Shown: positions 19,686 through 29,493, counted from the first letter of the stretch. The stretch: 64,000 bases of DNA from a virus (IMGVR_UViG_3300023174_000102:34311-98310), one strand, 5' to 3'. A program made the numbers and translations. Notes: generated from the letters alone by a model not told the origin.

Positions 19686-20813
19686 ATGAACTCATTTAAG
19701 AAAATCGCTCTAGCCATGGTTGCAGCCATGACTACCGCAACAATCATAGCAACACCTGCAAGTGCTGCTGTAATGACAGTCGCTGTATCATTGGACGGAA
19801 CTGCTAATACAACAGCATCCGCAATTGCTACACCTGCTGCATTGCCAGTCCCTGCAGACAACTCAGTTGACGCTGCTGATGCACTTAAGTTTGTAGCAAC
19901 AGTAGATGCTGGAACATCAGTTACAGCAGTAGCAACAAACGCAACAATCGTGTCTGCACTACACACATCTGCTGCACCAGTAGGAGCAACATCAGGATCA
20001 TCATCTTTGACAGTTGCAACTGGTACAGGAACAACAGCAACATTTTATGTCTATACAAAGACAACAGCAATTGGTACAGTTGCTATTACAAATGGTGGAA
20101 CAACACTTACATACTACGTACAGGGAACTGCTGGAAAGATTAATAATCTAACAGTATCTGCTCCTGCTGCTGGTGCTGCTGGTACAAAGCAAGACATCAC
20201 AGTAACAGCAACTGACGTATTTGGAAATAAGGTTTCAGGTAAGTCAATTACTGCAACAGTGTTTGCTGCAACAGCAACAGTTGATTCAGCAACAGCAACA
20301 ACTGGCGCAACACTTTCAGACTTTGGAGTTGCAAAGTTTGCTGCAACACTTCCAACAACTGGAACACGAGCACTAATTATGTTTGCTCCAACAACTTCAA
20401 CAGATGGAACATCTGCAGATGTAGTTGGTCTAACAGCACGTACACTTGCTCCATTTGCAGAGATTGCAGTTCGTGATCTAGTATCAGAACTTGCTGCTGC
20501 TAATGCTGCTAAGGATGCAGCAATTGCTGCTAAGGCTACATCAGATGCTGCAGTTGTAAAGTCTGCTGCAGATGCTGCTGCTGCTAAGGTTGCTTCAGAT
20601 GCTGCTCTTGCAGCAGAAAAGGCTGCTTCAGCAAAGGCACTAGTAGATGCTAAGGTTGCATCAGATAAGGCACTTGCTGATAAGGATGCACAGATTGCTA
20701 AGTTGACTGCAGATAATGCTGCAGTGCTTGCAACTCTAAAGGCATCATTCAATGCACTTGCTAAGCAATGGAATGCAAAGAATCCAAAGGCTAAGGTTAC
20801 TTTGGTTAAGTAA
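19686..20813 (+). CDS. Secreted Ala/Thr-rich protein (Ig-like region plus coiled-coil tail)
   Basis: Signal peptide MNSFKKIALAMVAA...PASA; strongly biased codons. Confidence 0.6.
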   Translation: MNSFKKIALAMVAAMTTATIIATPASAAVMTVAVSLDGTANTTASAIATPAALPVPADNSVDAADALKFVATVDAGTSVTAVATNATIVSALHTSAAPVGATSGSSSLTVATGTGTTATFYVYTKTTAIGTVAITNGGTTLTYYVQGTAGKINNLTVSAPAAGAAGTKQDITVTATDVFGNKVSGKSITATVFAATATVDSATATTGATLSDFGVAKFAATLPTTGTRALIMFAPTTSTDGTSADVVGLTARTLAPFAEIAVRDLVSELAAANAAKDAAIAAKATSDAAVVKSAADAAAAKVASDAALAAEKAASAKALVDAKVASDKALADKDAQIAKLTADNAAVLATLKASFNALAKQWNAKNPKAKVTLVK

Positions 20814-20826
20814 TTAATCCAACACT

Positions 20827-20859
20827 AAAGGGGTTGCCAATTAAGGTAGCCCCTTTTTT
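20827..20859 (+). terminator. Intrinsic terminator
   Basis: AAAGGGGTTGCC-loop-GGTAGCCCCTTT followed by a T-run. Confidence 0.8.
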
Positions 20860-20917
20860 GTGCAATAAAATGGTATAATCATCCTAACAGACATCTTGTC
20901 TGCAAGGGGGAAGGCAA

Positions 20918-23074
20918 ATAAAACGAATAATACGCATAGTAACAGCAACAGTTTTAGCCTTTGGCTGGCTTTTTATAGCACCCCAAGATGCTCATTCTGA
21001 TGACCCTCTAACTGTTTCAGCCAAGGAAATTGAAAACCTCAATAGCGCAGTAGATAAATTAGACTATAAAGATGGTCTAATAAATATGATTGATATAGCA
21101 GAGAACAAGTTTATGTACGCTAAAAATCTGCGGGATATCAGAGATGTCTCAATTAAAAACTACGAAGATGCAGTAGAAGCAGAAGCCTTGGCATTAGAAG
21201 CAAAAGATATTGCTCAGTCAAATGTAGATGGTCAGACAGTATTGATTGGTTTAGCCCTTGAAAATAAAAATGATGCCAAAGATGCACTTGATCTAGCCAA
21301 TATAAATTTACAAACTGCACAATCAAATTTGCAAAGTGCAAGTGGTCAAGGACTTAGATATGATGTTTATAGTTTAATTAGACAAAATGGCCAGGCCGTA
21401 CCCTATCAATACCTATGTTCTGGTGTTTTAAATGGAAATGCTATGTCTCCTGGATCTGCTACATGTGGATATTATCAGAATTTTATTGTTAAATTTACTG
21501 GAAAAATAACAGTTCCTTCATGGTTTACATCAACAAAATTTGCAGGATACACAGATGATGGCTTTAAAATGTATGTCAATGGAAACCTTGCTATAAATAA
21601 TTGGCGAGAGCAGGGAACAACTTGGAGTGCATATTCTCCAATATACGATGTAAGTGAAGAGAAAGAATTAAATGTAGAGATTTGGTGGTATAACGGTGGT
21701 GGTCCAGGATATTATCATCTAGGTTGGGGAATCCCTTATGACTCATCTGGTAGTTTAGGTTGGACTGGTGCAGGATGTGATTATGCTGGAAATCCAAGAG
21801 TATGGGGACAAAACTTTAGTTGTAATCTCAATACATTTTCATCTGGTTCTGAACCAACACAGCAACAACTTGATGCGTATAATCAAGCGTTATCTGATAA
21901 AAATGCAGCACAACAAAATTATAATGATAAATTAACTATTTATAATGCAGAAGTTGCTACATTAAACTCATACAATCAAGAATTAACTAACAAAACATCT
22001 GAGTATGACAATGCAGTAAATGATACAGAAGATGCTTTATCTGAAAAAAATAATTCTATATCTAATTTTAATAATGCCGTACTTGATGTTAATAGTGCAA
22101 TTGATGACGCATGGCGTTACTATGATGAGCAATCACAAAGAGAAATTCAAAGAGCAATTGCTCAGGCAGCAGCCAACGCTGCAGCAAACCAGCCAAAGCC
22201 AGAGCCATCTCCAAAGCCAACAGAAGAGGCACCAAAGCCAAAGCCTTCTCCAGTACCAACAGATAAGCCTGAGCCTCAGCCAAGCAATGTTACTGGAACA
22301 GAAGAACCAGGTCCAAAGCCAACACAACCAGGTCCAAAGCCTACAGAGCCTGGACCTAAGCCAGATCCAACAGATAACCCAAAGCCTGAGCCTACAAAGC
22401 CAGAGCACCCTAAGCCAACACCTACAGAAGAGCCTAAGCCAAAGCCAGAGCCTGCTCCAGAGCCTTCTGTCGAGCCTTTACCAGAGCCTAAACCACTTCC
22501 AAGGCCAGACTTCAAGCCAGCAGAAAATCTTGATCCAGCAATCAAAGATGCAGCGTTAGCAGCACTTATCCCAGAAAAGGGTACAGGAAATGCAGAAGAC
22601 TTGTCTGGTGTTATTGCAAACCTTACAAGCAAGGATAATAAATTAGTTAAACTTTCTGTAGAGCAAACAGCAGCAGTTAGCCAAACCCTCAAGTCTTTAA
22701 CACAAGAAGCAAAAACACAAGTTGCTGAGAAACTTGGTATTTCTGCATCAGAAGTTGCAAAAGTTGCAGATCAAATAAAATCTAACCCAGCACTTGCTGC
22801 TGCATTTGTTGCATTTAATGATAAAGCAGTAGAAGCAGGAGATACTCCAATGCCATTTACATTAGCAGATGCAGTAACAGAAGTACAAACAGATGAATTT
22901 TTAGCAGACCCACTTGGAGCAGTATTTGCAGTGGATCCATTAGAACTTTTATCCAATTTTTCTGAGTTGGGTATGGACATGACAGATGATCAGAGAGAAA
23001 AAGCACAAGAAGTAATTGTCCCAGTGGTCATTGCATCACAAATTGCAGGGGCAATGATAAGGAGGAACAAATGA
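20918..23074 (+). CDS. Exported PA14-domain protein with coiled coils and Pro-rich linker (probable ATA start at 20918)
   Basis: PA14 motifs 'FIVKFTGKI', 'TDDG', 'WYNGGG'; the in-frame upstream extension encodes a signal peptide. Confidence 0.7.
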   Translation: MKRIIRIVTATVLAFGWLFIAPQDAHSDDPLTVSAKEIENLNSAVDKLDYKDGLINMIDIAENKFMYAKNLRDIRDVSIKNYEDAVEAEALALEAKDIAQSNVDGQTVLIGLALENKNDAKDALDLANINLQTAQSNLQSASGQGLRYDVYSLIRQNGQAVPYQYLCSGVLNGNAMSPGSATCGYYQNFIVKFTGKITVPSWFTSTKFAGYTDDGFKMYVNGNLAINNWREQGTTWSAYSPIYDVSEEKELNVEIWWYNGGGPGYYHLGWGIPYDSSGSLGWTGAGCDYAGNPRVWGQNFSCNLNTFSSGSEPTQQQLDAYNQALSDKNAAQQNYNDKLTIYNAEVATLNSYNQELTNKTSEYDNAVNDTEDALSEKNNSISNFNNAVLDVNSAIDDAWRYYDEQSQREIQRAIAQAAANAAANQPKPEPSPKPTEEAPKPKPSPVPTDKPEPQPSNVTGTEEPGPKPTQPGPKPTEPGPKPDPTDNPKPEPTKPEHPKPTPTEEPKPKPEPAPEPSVEPLPEPKPLPRPDFKPAENLDPAIKDAALAALIPEKGTGNAEDLSGVIANLTSKDNKLVKLSVEQTAAVSQTLKSLTQEAKTQVAEKLGISASEVAKVADQIKSNPALAAAFVAFNDKAVEAGDTPMPFTLADAVTEVQTDEFLADPLGAVFAVDPLELLSNFSELGMDMTDDQREKAQEVIVPVVIASQIAGAMIRRNK
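22190..22520 (+). repeat. Coding Pro/Glu/Lys-rich low-complexity repeats (PKPT/PEP)
   Basis: Imperfect CCAAAGCC/GAGCC units. Confidence 0.8.
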
Positions 23075-23298
23075 AAATAATCAATAAAGCCATCAACCTA
23101 GTAGGCAAAATGCTAAAGGGATTAATTAAATGGTTTAAAGATGCAGGAATGGAATTAATTGCACAGGCATTTACCCTCCTTGGCTTCTTTATCGCATGGC
23201 TAACTTTGACGGGATCAGCAAGAGATATTGTTGGTATTGCAGTACTTGCAACAACAGTTATTTGGCTAATCACAATTCCACTAAGAAAGGAGGACTAA
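23071..23298 (+). CDS. Small 2-TM membrane protein
   Basis: Two hydrophobic segments. Confidence 0.6.
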   Translation: MKIINKAINLVGKMLKGLIKWFKDAGMELIAQAFTLLGFFIAWLTLTGSARDIVGIAVLATTVIWLITIPLRKED

Positions 23299-23299
23299 A

Positions 23300-23587
23300 A
23301 TGGCAACAAGAAAAAAGGTAGTAGAGACTCCTAAGAAAGAGCACCCACAAAAGGCTTTGACAAATGTTTTGATGCGTATTGTAGCAGTGTTTGCTGCTTC
23401 TGGTCTGTCAGTACTTGGTGCTGGAGCAGTAGTAGGAATTGACACAGTTCAGGCAGTAATGCTTGCAGGTTTATTAGGCGTAGCAACAGTCATTGAAAGA
23501 CTAGCAAGGGCTTTTTTGGACGATGGAAAACTTACAATCGCAGAAATAAATGATGCATTTAAGACTGTAGACAAAAAGGCTAATTAG
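23300..23587 (+). CDS. Holin-like membrane protein
   Basis: Two TM segments, 'DDGKLT.AEIN' tail. Confidence 0.5.
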   Translation: MATRKKVVETPKKEHPQKALTNVLMRIVAVFAASGLSVLGAGAVVGIDTVQAVMLAGLLGVATVIERLARAFLDDGKLTIAEINDAFKTVDKKAN

Positions 23588-23603
23588 TCATTGTAGGTTA
23601 TAG

Positions 23604-23633
23604 TTGACAGCCCTCTCTGGGTGATGGTATACT
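23604..23633 (+). promoter_or_regulatory. SigA-type promoter
   Basis: TTGACA-18 nt-TATACT with TG extension. Confidence 0.7.
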
Positions 23634-23664
23634 TAAGTGTTAACTATCTAGAGAGGGTTTTGTC

Positions 23665-24189
23665 ATGACCTGTATTGTTGCTTTACGCCATGAAGATAAA
23701 ATTTATATGGCAGGAGATCGTGGAGCATCAGATGATGGGGTCATTCTTTCTCTTGAATCACCTAAAGTTTGGAAAACTGGACCATACCTAATTGGATATG
23801 CTGGATCAATGGATGGTGAAAGAATGAGACATAACTTTAAACCAACTGCTCCAAATATTAAAGATACAGACAAGTTTATGCAAACAAAGTTTGTAAAAGA
23901 ACTTCGTGAATTTTATAACGAGTTCTGGATTGACACATCAAAAGATGGAGAGTTTAGTTTAATAATTGGTATTCGTGGTGAAATATATGAACATAGTTCT
24001 GGAGATATGTCTTTATCTAAATATTCATTACCATATGTTTCTATAGGCTCTGGATCAGAATATGCATATGGAGTTATGTATGCAACAGATAAGCAAAAAA
24101 ATGCAAGGAACAGAGTACAGCAAGCAGTATCTGCAGCAATTAAATTTAACCCATCATGCATGGGACCAGTTGACATCATAAGTGCTTAG
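23665..24189 (+). CDS. Ntn-hydrolase (proteasome beta/HslV-like) protease
   Basis: N-terminal M-T-C-I-V-A, 'AGD', 'KV', 'IGSGS'. Confidence 0.8.
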   Translation: MTCIVALRHEDKIYMAGDRGASDDGVILSLESPKVWKTGPYLIGYAGSMDGERMRHNFKPTAPNIKDTDKFMQTKFVKELREFYNEFWIDTSKDGEFSLIIGIRGEIYEHSSGDMSLSKYSLPYVSIGSGSEYAYGVMYATDKQKNARNRVQQAVSAAIKFNPSCMGPVDIISA

Positions 24190-24204
24190 GAGTATACTTA
24201 GTAT

Positions 24205-24423
24205 ATGAGCGAAGAATTTGAAGAGATCCTGAAGGACATTCAAAACATAGAGTCAGATTTTGATGAGTTTGAGATTTGGCTTAACAATGGAATTGAGCGG
24301 GGATGGGTAACAGAACCATTCTGTAATACTCATGAAGGAGATCCTTACATGACAGATGAAGAGCAGCAAGAGTGGGAAGAAGGCGGAGACCCATGCCAAG
24401 TAGTTTTAAAAATCAAACAATAA
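24205..24423 (+). CDS. Acidic hypothetical protein
   Basis: 72 aa; TATACT 6 nt before the ATG. Confidence 0.6.
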   Translation: MSEEFEEILKDIQNIESDFDEFEIWLNNGIERGWVTEPFCNTHEGDPYMTDEEQQEWEEGGDPCQVVLKIKQ

Positions 24424-24443
24424 ACAATAATAAGGAGAAAACA

Positions 24444-25319
24444 ATGAAGAAAGTACTACTAGCACTACTATCAGTTACCATTGCATTTACAGCAATGCAG
24501 CCATCACAAGCAGAAGATCAAAAGGTTTTAGCAATCATTGACTCTGCTATTGATTCTACAAAGTTTAACTCAATCATATATGAGGCTTGCTTTACAACAG
24601 TAAAGAGCATGTCTTGCCCTAATGGTCAGTTATTTATGGAAGGACCAAAGTCAGCATCAGCACCTTGGCCAATGCAGACAAATGGAGTCAACTTTGATGT
24701 CAATAACGCAACTTTTCATGGGGATGCTATGGTTAAGTCCGCTTTGACAGTAAATCCAAACCTAAAGATTGTCTTTATTCGATTTAATGATGTTACAACC
24801 ACTGGAAATTCAAGAGGAGATGTAGCAGCACTTCGTATGGCTTTTGATTGGGTAACAAAGAATGCATCAAAGTATAGCATTGATGCTGTTTCCATTAGCC
24901 AGTCTTCAGTTAGTGCAGGAAATCTAGCACTATGTTCAACAGATACAACTATTATTAAGTCTGTTGCATCTTTAAACTTGCAAAATATTCCAGTTTTTGT
25001 TGCAACTGGTAACGACAGTCGAAAAGATATTATCGGATTTCCATCATGTGTTAAGGGTGTAGTTCCAGTCGGAGCACTTGCAAATGAAACTCAACTTGAG
25101 AAAGCAACTAACAGTGGTCCTGGACTTTCAATGGTTTCACCTGGCAAGGTAAGCATCACAAAGTACAATGGATCTTCAACAGATACTGCTGGAAGTTCTG
25201 TAGCAACTGTAGTATCTGCAGCATCATATGTAAATCGCAATACCTTTAAAACTTTTGGAGAATATCTATCATCTCTTCCAAAGATTTTAATTGGGACAGC
25301 ATCATATATCCGTAATTAA
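24444..25319 (+). CDS. Secreted subtilisin-like (S8) peptidase
   Basis: Signal peptide; 'AIIDS', 'HGDAM', 'ATGN', 'GSSVA'; AAGGAG SD before 24444. Confidence 0.75.
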   Translation: MKKVLLALLSVTIAFTAMQPSQAEDQKVLAIIDSAIDSTKFNSIIYEACFTTVKSMSCPNGQLFMEGPKSASAPWPMQTNGVNFDVNNATFHGDAMVKSALTVNPNLKIVFIRFNDVTTTGNSRGDVAALRMAFDWVTKNASKYSIDAVSISQSSVSAGNLALCSTDTTIIKSVASLNLQNIPVFVATGNDSRKDIIGFPSCVKGVVPVGALANETQLEKATNSGPGLSMVSPGKVSITKYNGSSTDTAGSSVATVVSAASYVNRNTFKTFGEYLSSLPKILIGTASYIRN

Positions 25320-25324
25320 ATAAT

Positions 25325-25351
25325 AGTCCTAGGCATGACTTTAAACTGCCC
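25325..25351 (+). ncRNA. H-type pseudoknot motif, copy 1
   Basis: AGTC-CT-AGGCA-T-GACT-TTAAAC-TGCC. Confidence 0.65.
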
Positions 25352-25354
25352 CAT

Positions 25355-25427
25355 TGCCCTATAACTCAGTTGGTAGAGTGCCGAACTGTTAATTCGGATG
25401 TCCCTGGATCGAGGCCAGGTGGGGCAG
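25355..25427 (+). tRNA. tRNA-Asn(GTT)
   Basis: Acceptor TGCCCTA/TGGGGCA, anticodon arm CCGAA-CTGTTAA-TTCGG. Confidence 0.9.
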
Positions 25428-25487
25428 CAACAGTAGTGTATAATTGTTATATCAATATGCAACAACATAGAATAAAGGAGATAGGCA

Positions 25488-26153
25488 ATGCTAAATACCA
25501 ATGGGACTGCTATACAAAGTAACAGACCACATAAGTTTTTTGAAAGATATCTAGATAATGATCTAGATGAACTTGCTAAATTTTTAGAAGTAAAGTATCA
25601 ACTAATTAAGGATGCACAACTTCGTGGTGTTAGCACAATGGAAAATGATGAAGGAGTATGGCTAGAGTCTGGAAGTTTATCAACTGTAAAGTGGAGAGAG
25701 TACAATGTGTTTCAACTTTATCATCCATCTCTACATAAGTTATACTCAGAATTATCAAGTACAGTCAAAGAAGCATGTCTTTACTATGGTGTAGACTTTG
25801 AAAAACAGCAATACTATGTTCAGGGTTGGTTTAACATTAATGAATCAGGCAATGGAAAACTTAACTGGCACGATCATGGGGCTCCAGGTGCTCCTAATTT
25901 TCATGGATATTACTGTGTAAAGGCCGAACCATCAACCACATACTATAGACTTTTTGGTGATCCAAACAGGGAAGTTGCAAATCATAATATTGATAATAGA
26001 ATGATTGTTTCAGAAATGGGTCATCCACACGCTCAGGGTGATTGGGACTGGCCTGGATCAAGAATTACAGTTGCTTATGATATTCAGCCTCTTAAGTCTC
26101 TCTTGAACGCTGGTCGTCACACAATAGAACAGCATTGGATACCATTACTTTAA
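25488..26153 (+). CDS. 2OG-Fe(II) oxygenase-like (TIGR02466-type)
   Basis: 'GWFNIN...WHDH...GYYCV...HPH...RITVAYD'. Confidence 0.7.
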   Translation: MLNTNGTAIQSNRPHKFFERYLDNDLDELAKFLEVKYQLIKDAQLRGVSTMENDEGVWLESGSLSTVKWREYNVFQLYHPSLHKLYSELSSTVKEACLYYGVDFEKQQYYVQGWFNINESGNGKLNWHDHGAPGAPNFHGYYCVKAEPSTTYYRLFGDPNREVANHNIDNRMIVSEMGHPHAQGDWDWPGSRITVAYDIQPLKSLLNAGRHTIEQHWIPLL

Positions 26154-26154
26154 A

Positions 26155-26241
26155 ATGAAAAAAATAATTAAAATTATAAGGTACTACATTATTAAAAGAA
26201 AAATTAAAAAAAACCCTATAGATAATGACTTTATATATTAA
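26155..26241 (+). CDS. 28-aa basic peptide
   Basis: MKKIIKIIRYYIIKRKIKKNPIDNDFIY fills the gap before the carbamoyltransferase. Confidence 0.5.
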   Translation: MKKIIKIIRYYIIKRKIKKNPIDNDFIY

Positions 26242-26252
26242 TTTGGAGAGAC

Positions 26253-27695
26253 ATGATAATTCTTGGTATTAATGAAACTACACATGACGCTTCAGTATCT
26301 TTGATTAAAGATGGAGAAATACTTTTTGCTGGTCATTCCGAAAGATATAGCAAACAAAAAAATGACTGGTTCACAAACAAAGAACTTATCAAAAATGCGA
26401 TTCAGTATGGCTACCCAGATCAGATTGCCTATTACGAGAAGCCTTTACTTAAGAAACTTAGAGTAAAGACTAGGGGTGGATTTGGTGGAGACAAGCCATG
26501 GTTTGAGTCTACAGAACTTGGGGACCTGCCAAGAAAAAATTTTGGTCACCACTACTCTCATGCCTCAGCGGGATACTATACAAGTTCTTTTCATGATGCC
26601 GTTATTGTTGTACTTGATGCCATAGGAGAGTTTAATACATCTACAATTTGGGTTGGTGAAGGAGAAAAGATTAAACTAAAATATAAACAAAACTATCCAG
26701 TTAGTTTTGGTCTTTTCTACTCAGCATTTACACAACTTATCGGACTTATGCCAAACCAAGAAGAATACATTATGATGGGTATGGCAGCATACGGTGACTG
26801 GCGCAGATACTATAAAGAAGTTGACGAATATTTCCCTAAATATAATAAGCAAAAATACAACTTCCATAAAGGCATCCATGACTGGGGCATGCCAATAACA
26901 GAGCAAGATAAATTTGATATTGCTGCTGCAGTCCAGGTTGTTTACGAACAAAGACTAAATGATTTTATGCATATGGCCTATTCAATTACTGGGAAAAAGA
27001 ATTTAGTCTTCATGGGTGGTTGTGCGCTCAACTCATCAGCAAACACTTTGCTATGGAATATATTTGACATGGTTTGGATCATGCCAAACCCAGGTGATGC
27101 TGGATCATCATTAGGTGCAGCAGCAGCCCTGTACGGAAAGCATATCAACTGGAAGACCCCATACCTTGGCTATGATCTTGGCGGAGAATACCCAGTCCAG
27201 CAAATTGTGGACGGTATATTGAAAGATGGAATCGTAGCAGTAGCATCAGGCAGAGCAGAGTATGGACCAAGAGCGCTAGGCAATAGAAGTATCCTTGCGG
27301 ACCCAAGAGATCCAAATATTAAGGACAAGGTTAATTTAATTAAACAGAGAGAGTTGTTTAGACCTTTTGCTCCAGTAGTTTTGGAAGAATGTGCATCTAC
27401 GTGGTTTGACATGGACTTTGCAAGTCCCTATATGCAGTATACAGTTAAGTGTCTTAAGCCAGAAAAAATTCCATCCGTTGTTCACGCTGATGGGACATCT
27501 AGAGTTCAAACAGTAAATAGAGATCAACATAGGGGTTTGTATAGAGTTTTAAATAAGTTTTATGTTGAAACTGGTGTTCCAGTACTGCTCAATACTAGTC
27601 TTAACATAAAAGGTCAGCCACTACTTAATGATGAAACAGACATCATTAAATGGGAAAAAGAATACCTTACAAAAATTATTGGACCAAATTTATGA
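26253..27695 (+). CDS. Carbamoyltransferase (NodU/CmcH/TobZ family)
   Basis: 'HDAS', 'HHYSHA', 'DAIGE', 'GGCALN', 'GDAG', 'EYGPRALGNRSILADP', 'FRPFAP', 'LNTSLN'. Confidence 0.93.
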   Translation: MIILGINETTHDASVSLIKDGEILFAGHSERYSKQKNDWFTNKELIKNAIQYGYPDQIAYYEKPLLKKLRVKTRGGFGGDKPWFESTELGDLPRKNFGHHYSHASAGYYTSSFHDAVIVVLDAIGEFNTSTIWVGEGEKIKLKYKQNYPVSFGLFYSAFTQLIGLMPNQEEYIMMGMAAYGDWRRYYKEVDEYFPKYNKQKYNFHKGIHDWGMPITEQDKFDIAAAVQVVYEQRLNDFMHMAYSITGKKNLVFMGGCALNSSANTLLWNIFDMVWIMPNPGDAGSSLGAAAALYGKHINWKTPYLGYDLGGEYPVQQIVDGILKDGIVAVASGRAEYGPRALGNRSILADPRDPNIKDKVNLIKQRELFRPFAPVVLEECASTWFDMDFASPYMQYTVKCLKPEKIPSVVHADGTSRVQTVNRDQHRGLYRVLNKFYVETGVPVLLNTSLNIKGQPLLNDETDIIKWEKEYLTKIIGPNL

Positions 27696-28600
27696 AAGAA
27701 CACAAAGAACTAACACAGTACCTAATGAGGAAGATTGTAAAGAAAAAGAACACTCATGCACTTTTTTTTAATGAAATAGACAGTGTTGTAAGACAAAAAG
27801 AAGAAGAGTTTTTAATTTATGGTGAATTGCTCAGAGAAGATTATGACCAGGATGATAGCGTAAGATATTATTTTAACTCTTTAGGTTATCGCTCAGATGA
27901 GTTTACAAATTATCATGATGGACAACATATATTATTTGCTGGTTGTTCAGAAACAGAGGGTCAGGGTGGTAACTTGGAATCTTTGTGGGCCCACATGGTG
28001 TATAAAAAACTTTCTGAGACAAAAAAAATATCTGGATTCTTTAACTTGTCAAGAGGAGGCTGGGGACACGACATAATTATCTCAAATATAATCGAGTATA
28101 TTAAAAGATATGGAAAGCCAGATAAGATTTATATATTGTTCCCAAATCTTTCAAGAGACTTTGATTGGCAAGGTCTTGAACATAACGAAGAGTTGTACTA
28201 TTATTCAATAAAGACTACATTTTTTAGTAAAAAACAATTTATTTTATCAGATGGTACAGTAAGACAAAAACAAAAGTTAAAGGAGCAAAGAGATTTAGTA
28301 ACCAAGTTTATAAACTTGATAAAACTATTTGAAGAATATTGTGCTTCAAACAACATAGAACTAATTTGGTCAACATACTCTATACCTGATGGCAAAAACT
28401 ATAAAAACCTAAATGTTTTTAACAATTTTATTGAGATGTTGGATGCTGATGAAATTATTTCTAAAAGCAAAAAATTGTTTAAAGAAGAACTGTACAATAA
28501 AAAAAATATAATAAACAAAAGAGATGGTCATCAAGGATATATTTTTCACTACCACTGGGCACAAAAATTTTTAGGTTTATCAACAGAACAAAGACTATAG
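27692..28600 (+). CDS. SGNH-hydrolase-like protein
   Basis: 'NSLGYRSDEF', 'AGCSETEG', 'NLSRGG', C-terminal 'RDGH'. Confidence 0.6.
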   Translation: MKEHKELTQYLMRKIVKKKNTHALFFNEIDSVVRQKEEEFLIYGELLREDYDQDDSVRYYFNSLGYRSDEFTNYHDGQHILFAGCSETEGQGGNLESLWAHMVYKKLSETKKISGFFNLSRGGWGHDIIISNIIEYIKRYGKPDKIYILFPNLSRDFDWQGLEHNEELYYYSIKTTFFSKKQFILSDGTVRQKQKLKEQRDLVTKFINLIKLFEEYCASNNIELIWSTYSIPDGKNYKNLNVFNNFIEMLDADEIISKSKKLFKEELYNKKNIINKRDGHQGYIFHYHWAQKFLGLSTEQRL

Positions 28601-28608
28601 GATAAATA

Positions 28609-29493
28609 ATGCAAGAATATATAATGAAAAAAATTTCAGAATCTAATAATATGAACGCATTGTTTTTTAATAAAATAGATAGCATTGTGAGATCAAAAGA
28701 AGAAGAGTTTTTAATAAATAGTGAAAAAATATTGCCAGAATTTATGGGAGACGATAACGTAAGATATTACTTTAATTCTTTAGGTTTTCGTTCAGATGAG
28801 TTTTTAGAAACTCATATAGGTAAGCATATACTCTTTGCTGGCTGTTCAGAAACAGAAGGATTTGGTGGCAGTTTAGAAGACTGTTGGTCTCATATGGTGT
28901 ATACAGAAATCTGCAAAACAGAAAAAATATCTGGATTCTTTAATCTATCAAGGGCTGGTTGGGGAAATGAAATAATAATAGCAAATATAATTCAGTATAT
29001 TAGCAGGTACGGTAAACCAGATAAAATTTACATGCTTCTACCAAATCTTTCAAGAATGTTTGAATACGTTGGACAAGAAGAAGGCCTAGAAATATATCGG
29101 CACACACAACTAACCCCCTATTGGTCAAAAAAGGAGGTAGAAGGAAATAATGGAGAAAAAAGAAAAAGGCAGACCATAGAGCATCAAAGAAACATAATTC
29201 CATCATTTGTAATTTTAATGAAACTCTTTGAAGAATATTGCATTTCTAATAATATAAAATTGGTATGGGCAACTTGGGCACAAGAAGATGGAGAAAACTA
29301 TAAAGGTTTAAATGTTTTTAATAGTTTTATCAAACTTCCAGACCATGCAGATGTAATTTTGGAAAGTAAAAATTTTCTTACCAAAGATAAAGAAAAAAGA
29401 AAGCACTTACTAAAAAAAAGAGACGGACACCACGGTTACCTATATCACTACATGTGGGCACAAACATTTTTGGGTCTGCTTGAAACAAAGTAA
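28609..29493 (+). CDS. SGNH-hydrolase-like protein (paralog of the upstream gene)
   Basis: Same motifs: AGCSETEG, NLSRAG, RDGHHG. Confidence 0.6.
   Translation: MQEYIMKKISESNNMNALFFNKIDSIVRSKEEEFLINSEKILPEFMGDDNVRYYFNSLGFRSDEFLETHIGKHILFAGCSETEGFGGSLEDCWSHMVYTEICKTEKISGFFNLSRAGWGNEIIIANIIQYISRYGKPDKIYMLLPNLSRMFEYVGQEEGLEIYRHTQLTPYWSKKEVEGNNGEKRKRQTIEHQRNIIPSFVILMKLFEEYCISNNIKLVWATWAQEDGENYKGLNVFNSFIKLPDHADVILESKNFLTKDKEKRKHLLKKRDGHHGYLYHYMWAQTFLGLLETK

Noticed and set aside
19682-22692. Long antisense or alternate-frame ORFs (e.g. 20114-20752, 22020-22559, 22276-22692)
   Set aside because: Shadows of low-complexity Ala- and Pro-rich coding sequence
25325-25351. Pseudoknot motif as a pistol or theta ribozyme
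   Set aside because: Resembles only the pistol P1/loop/AAA part and lacks P2/P3; no HDV-like nested fold, and it lies 5' rather than 3' of the tRNAs
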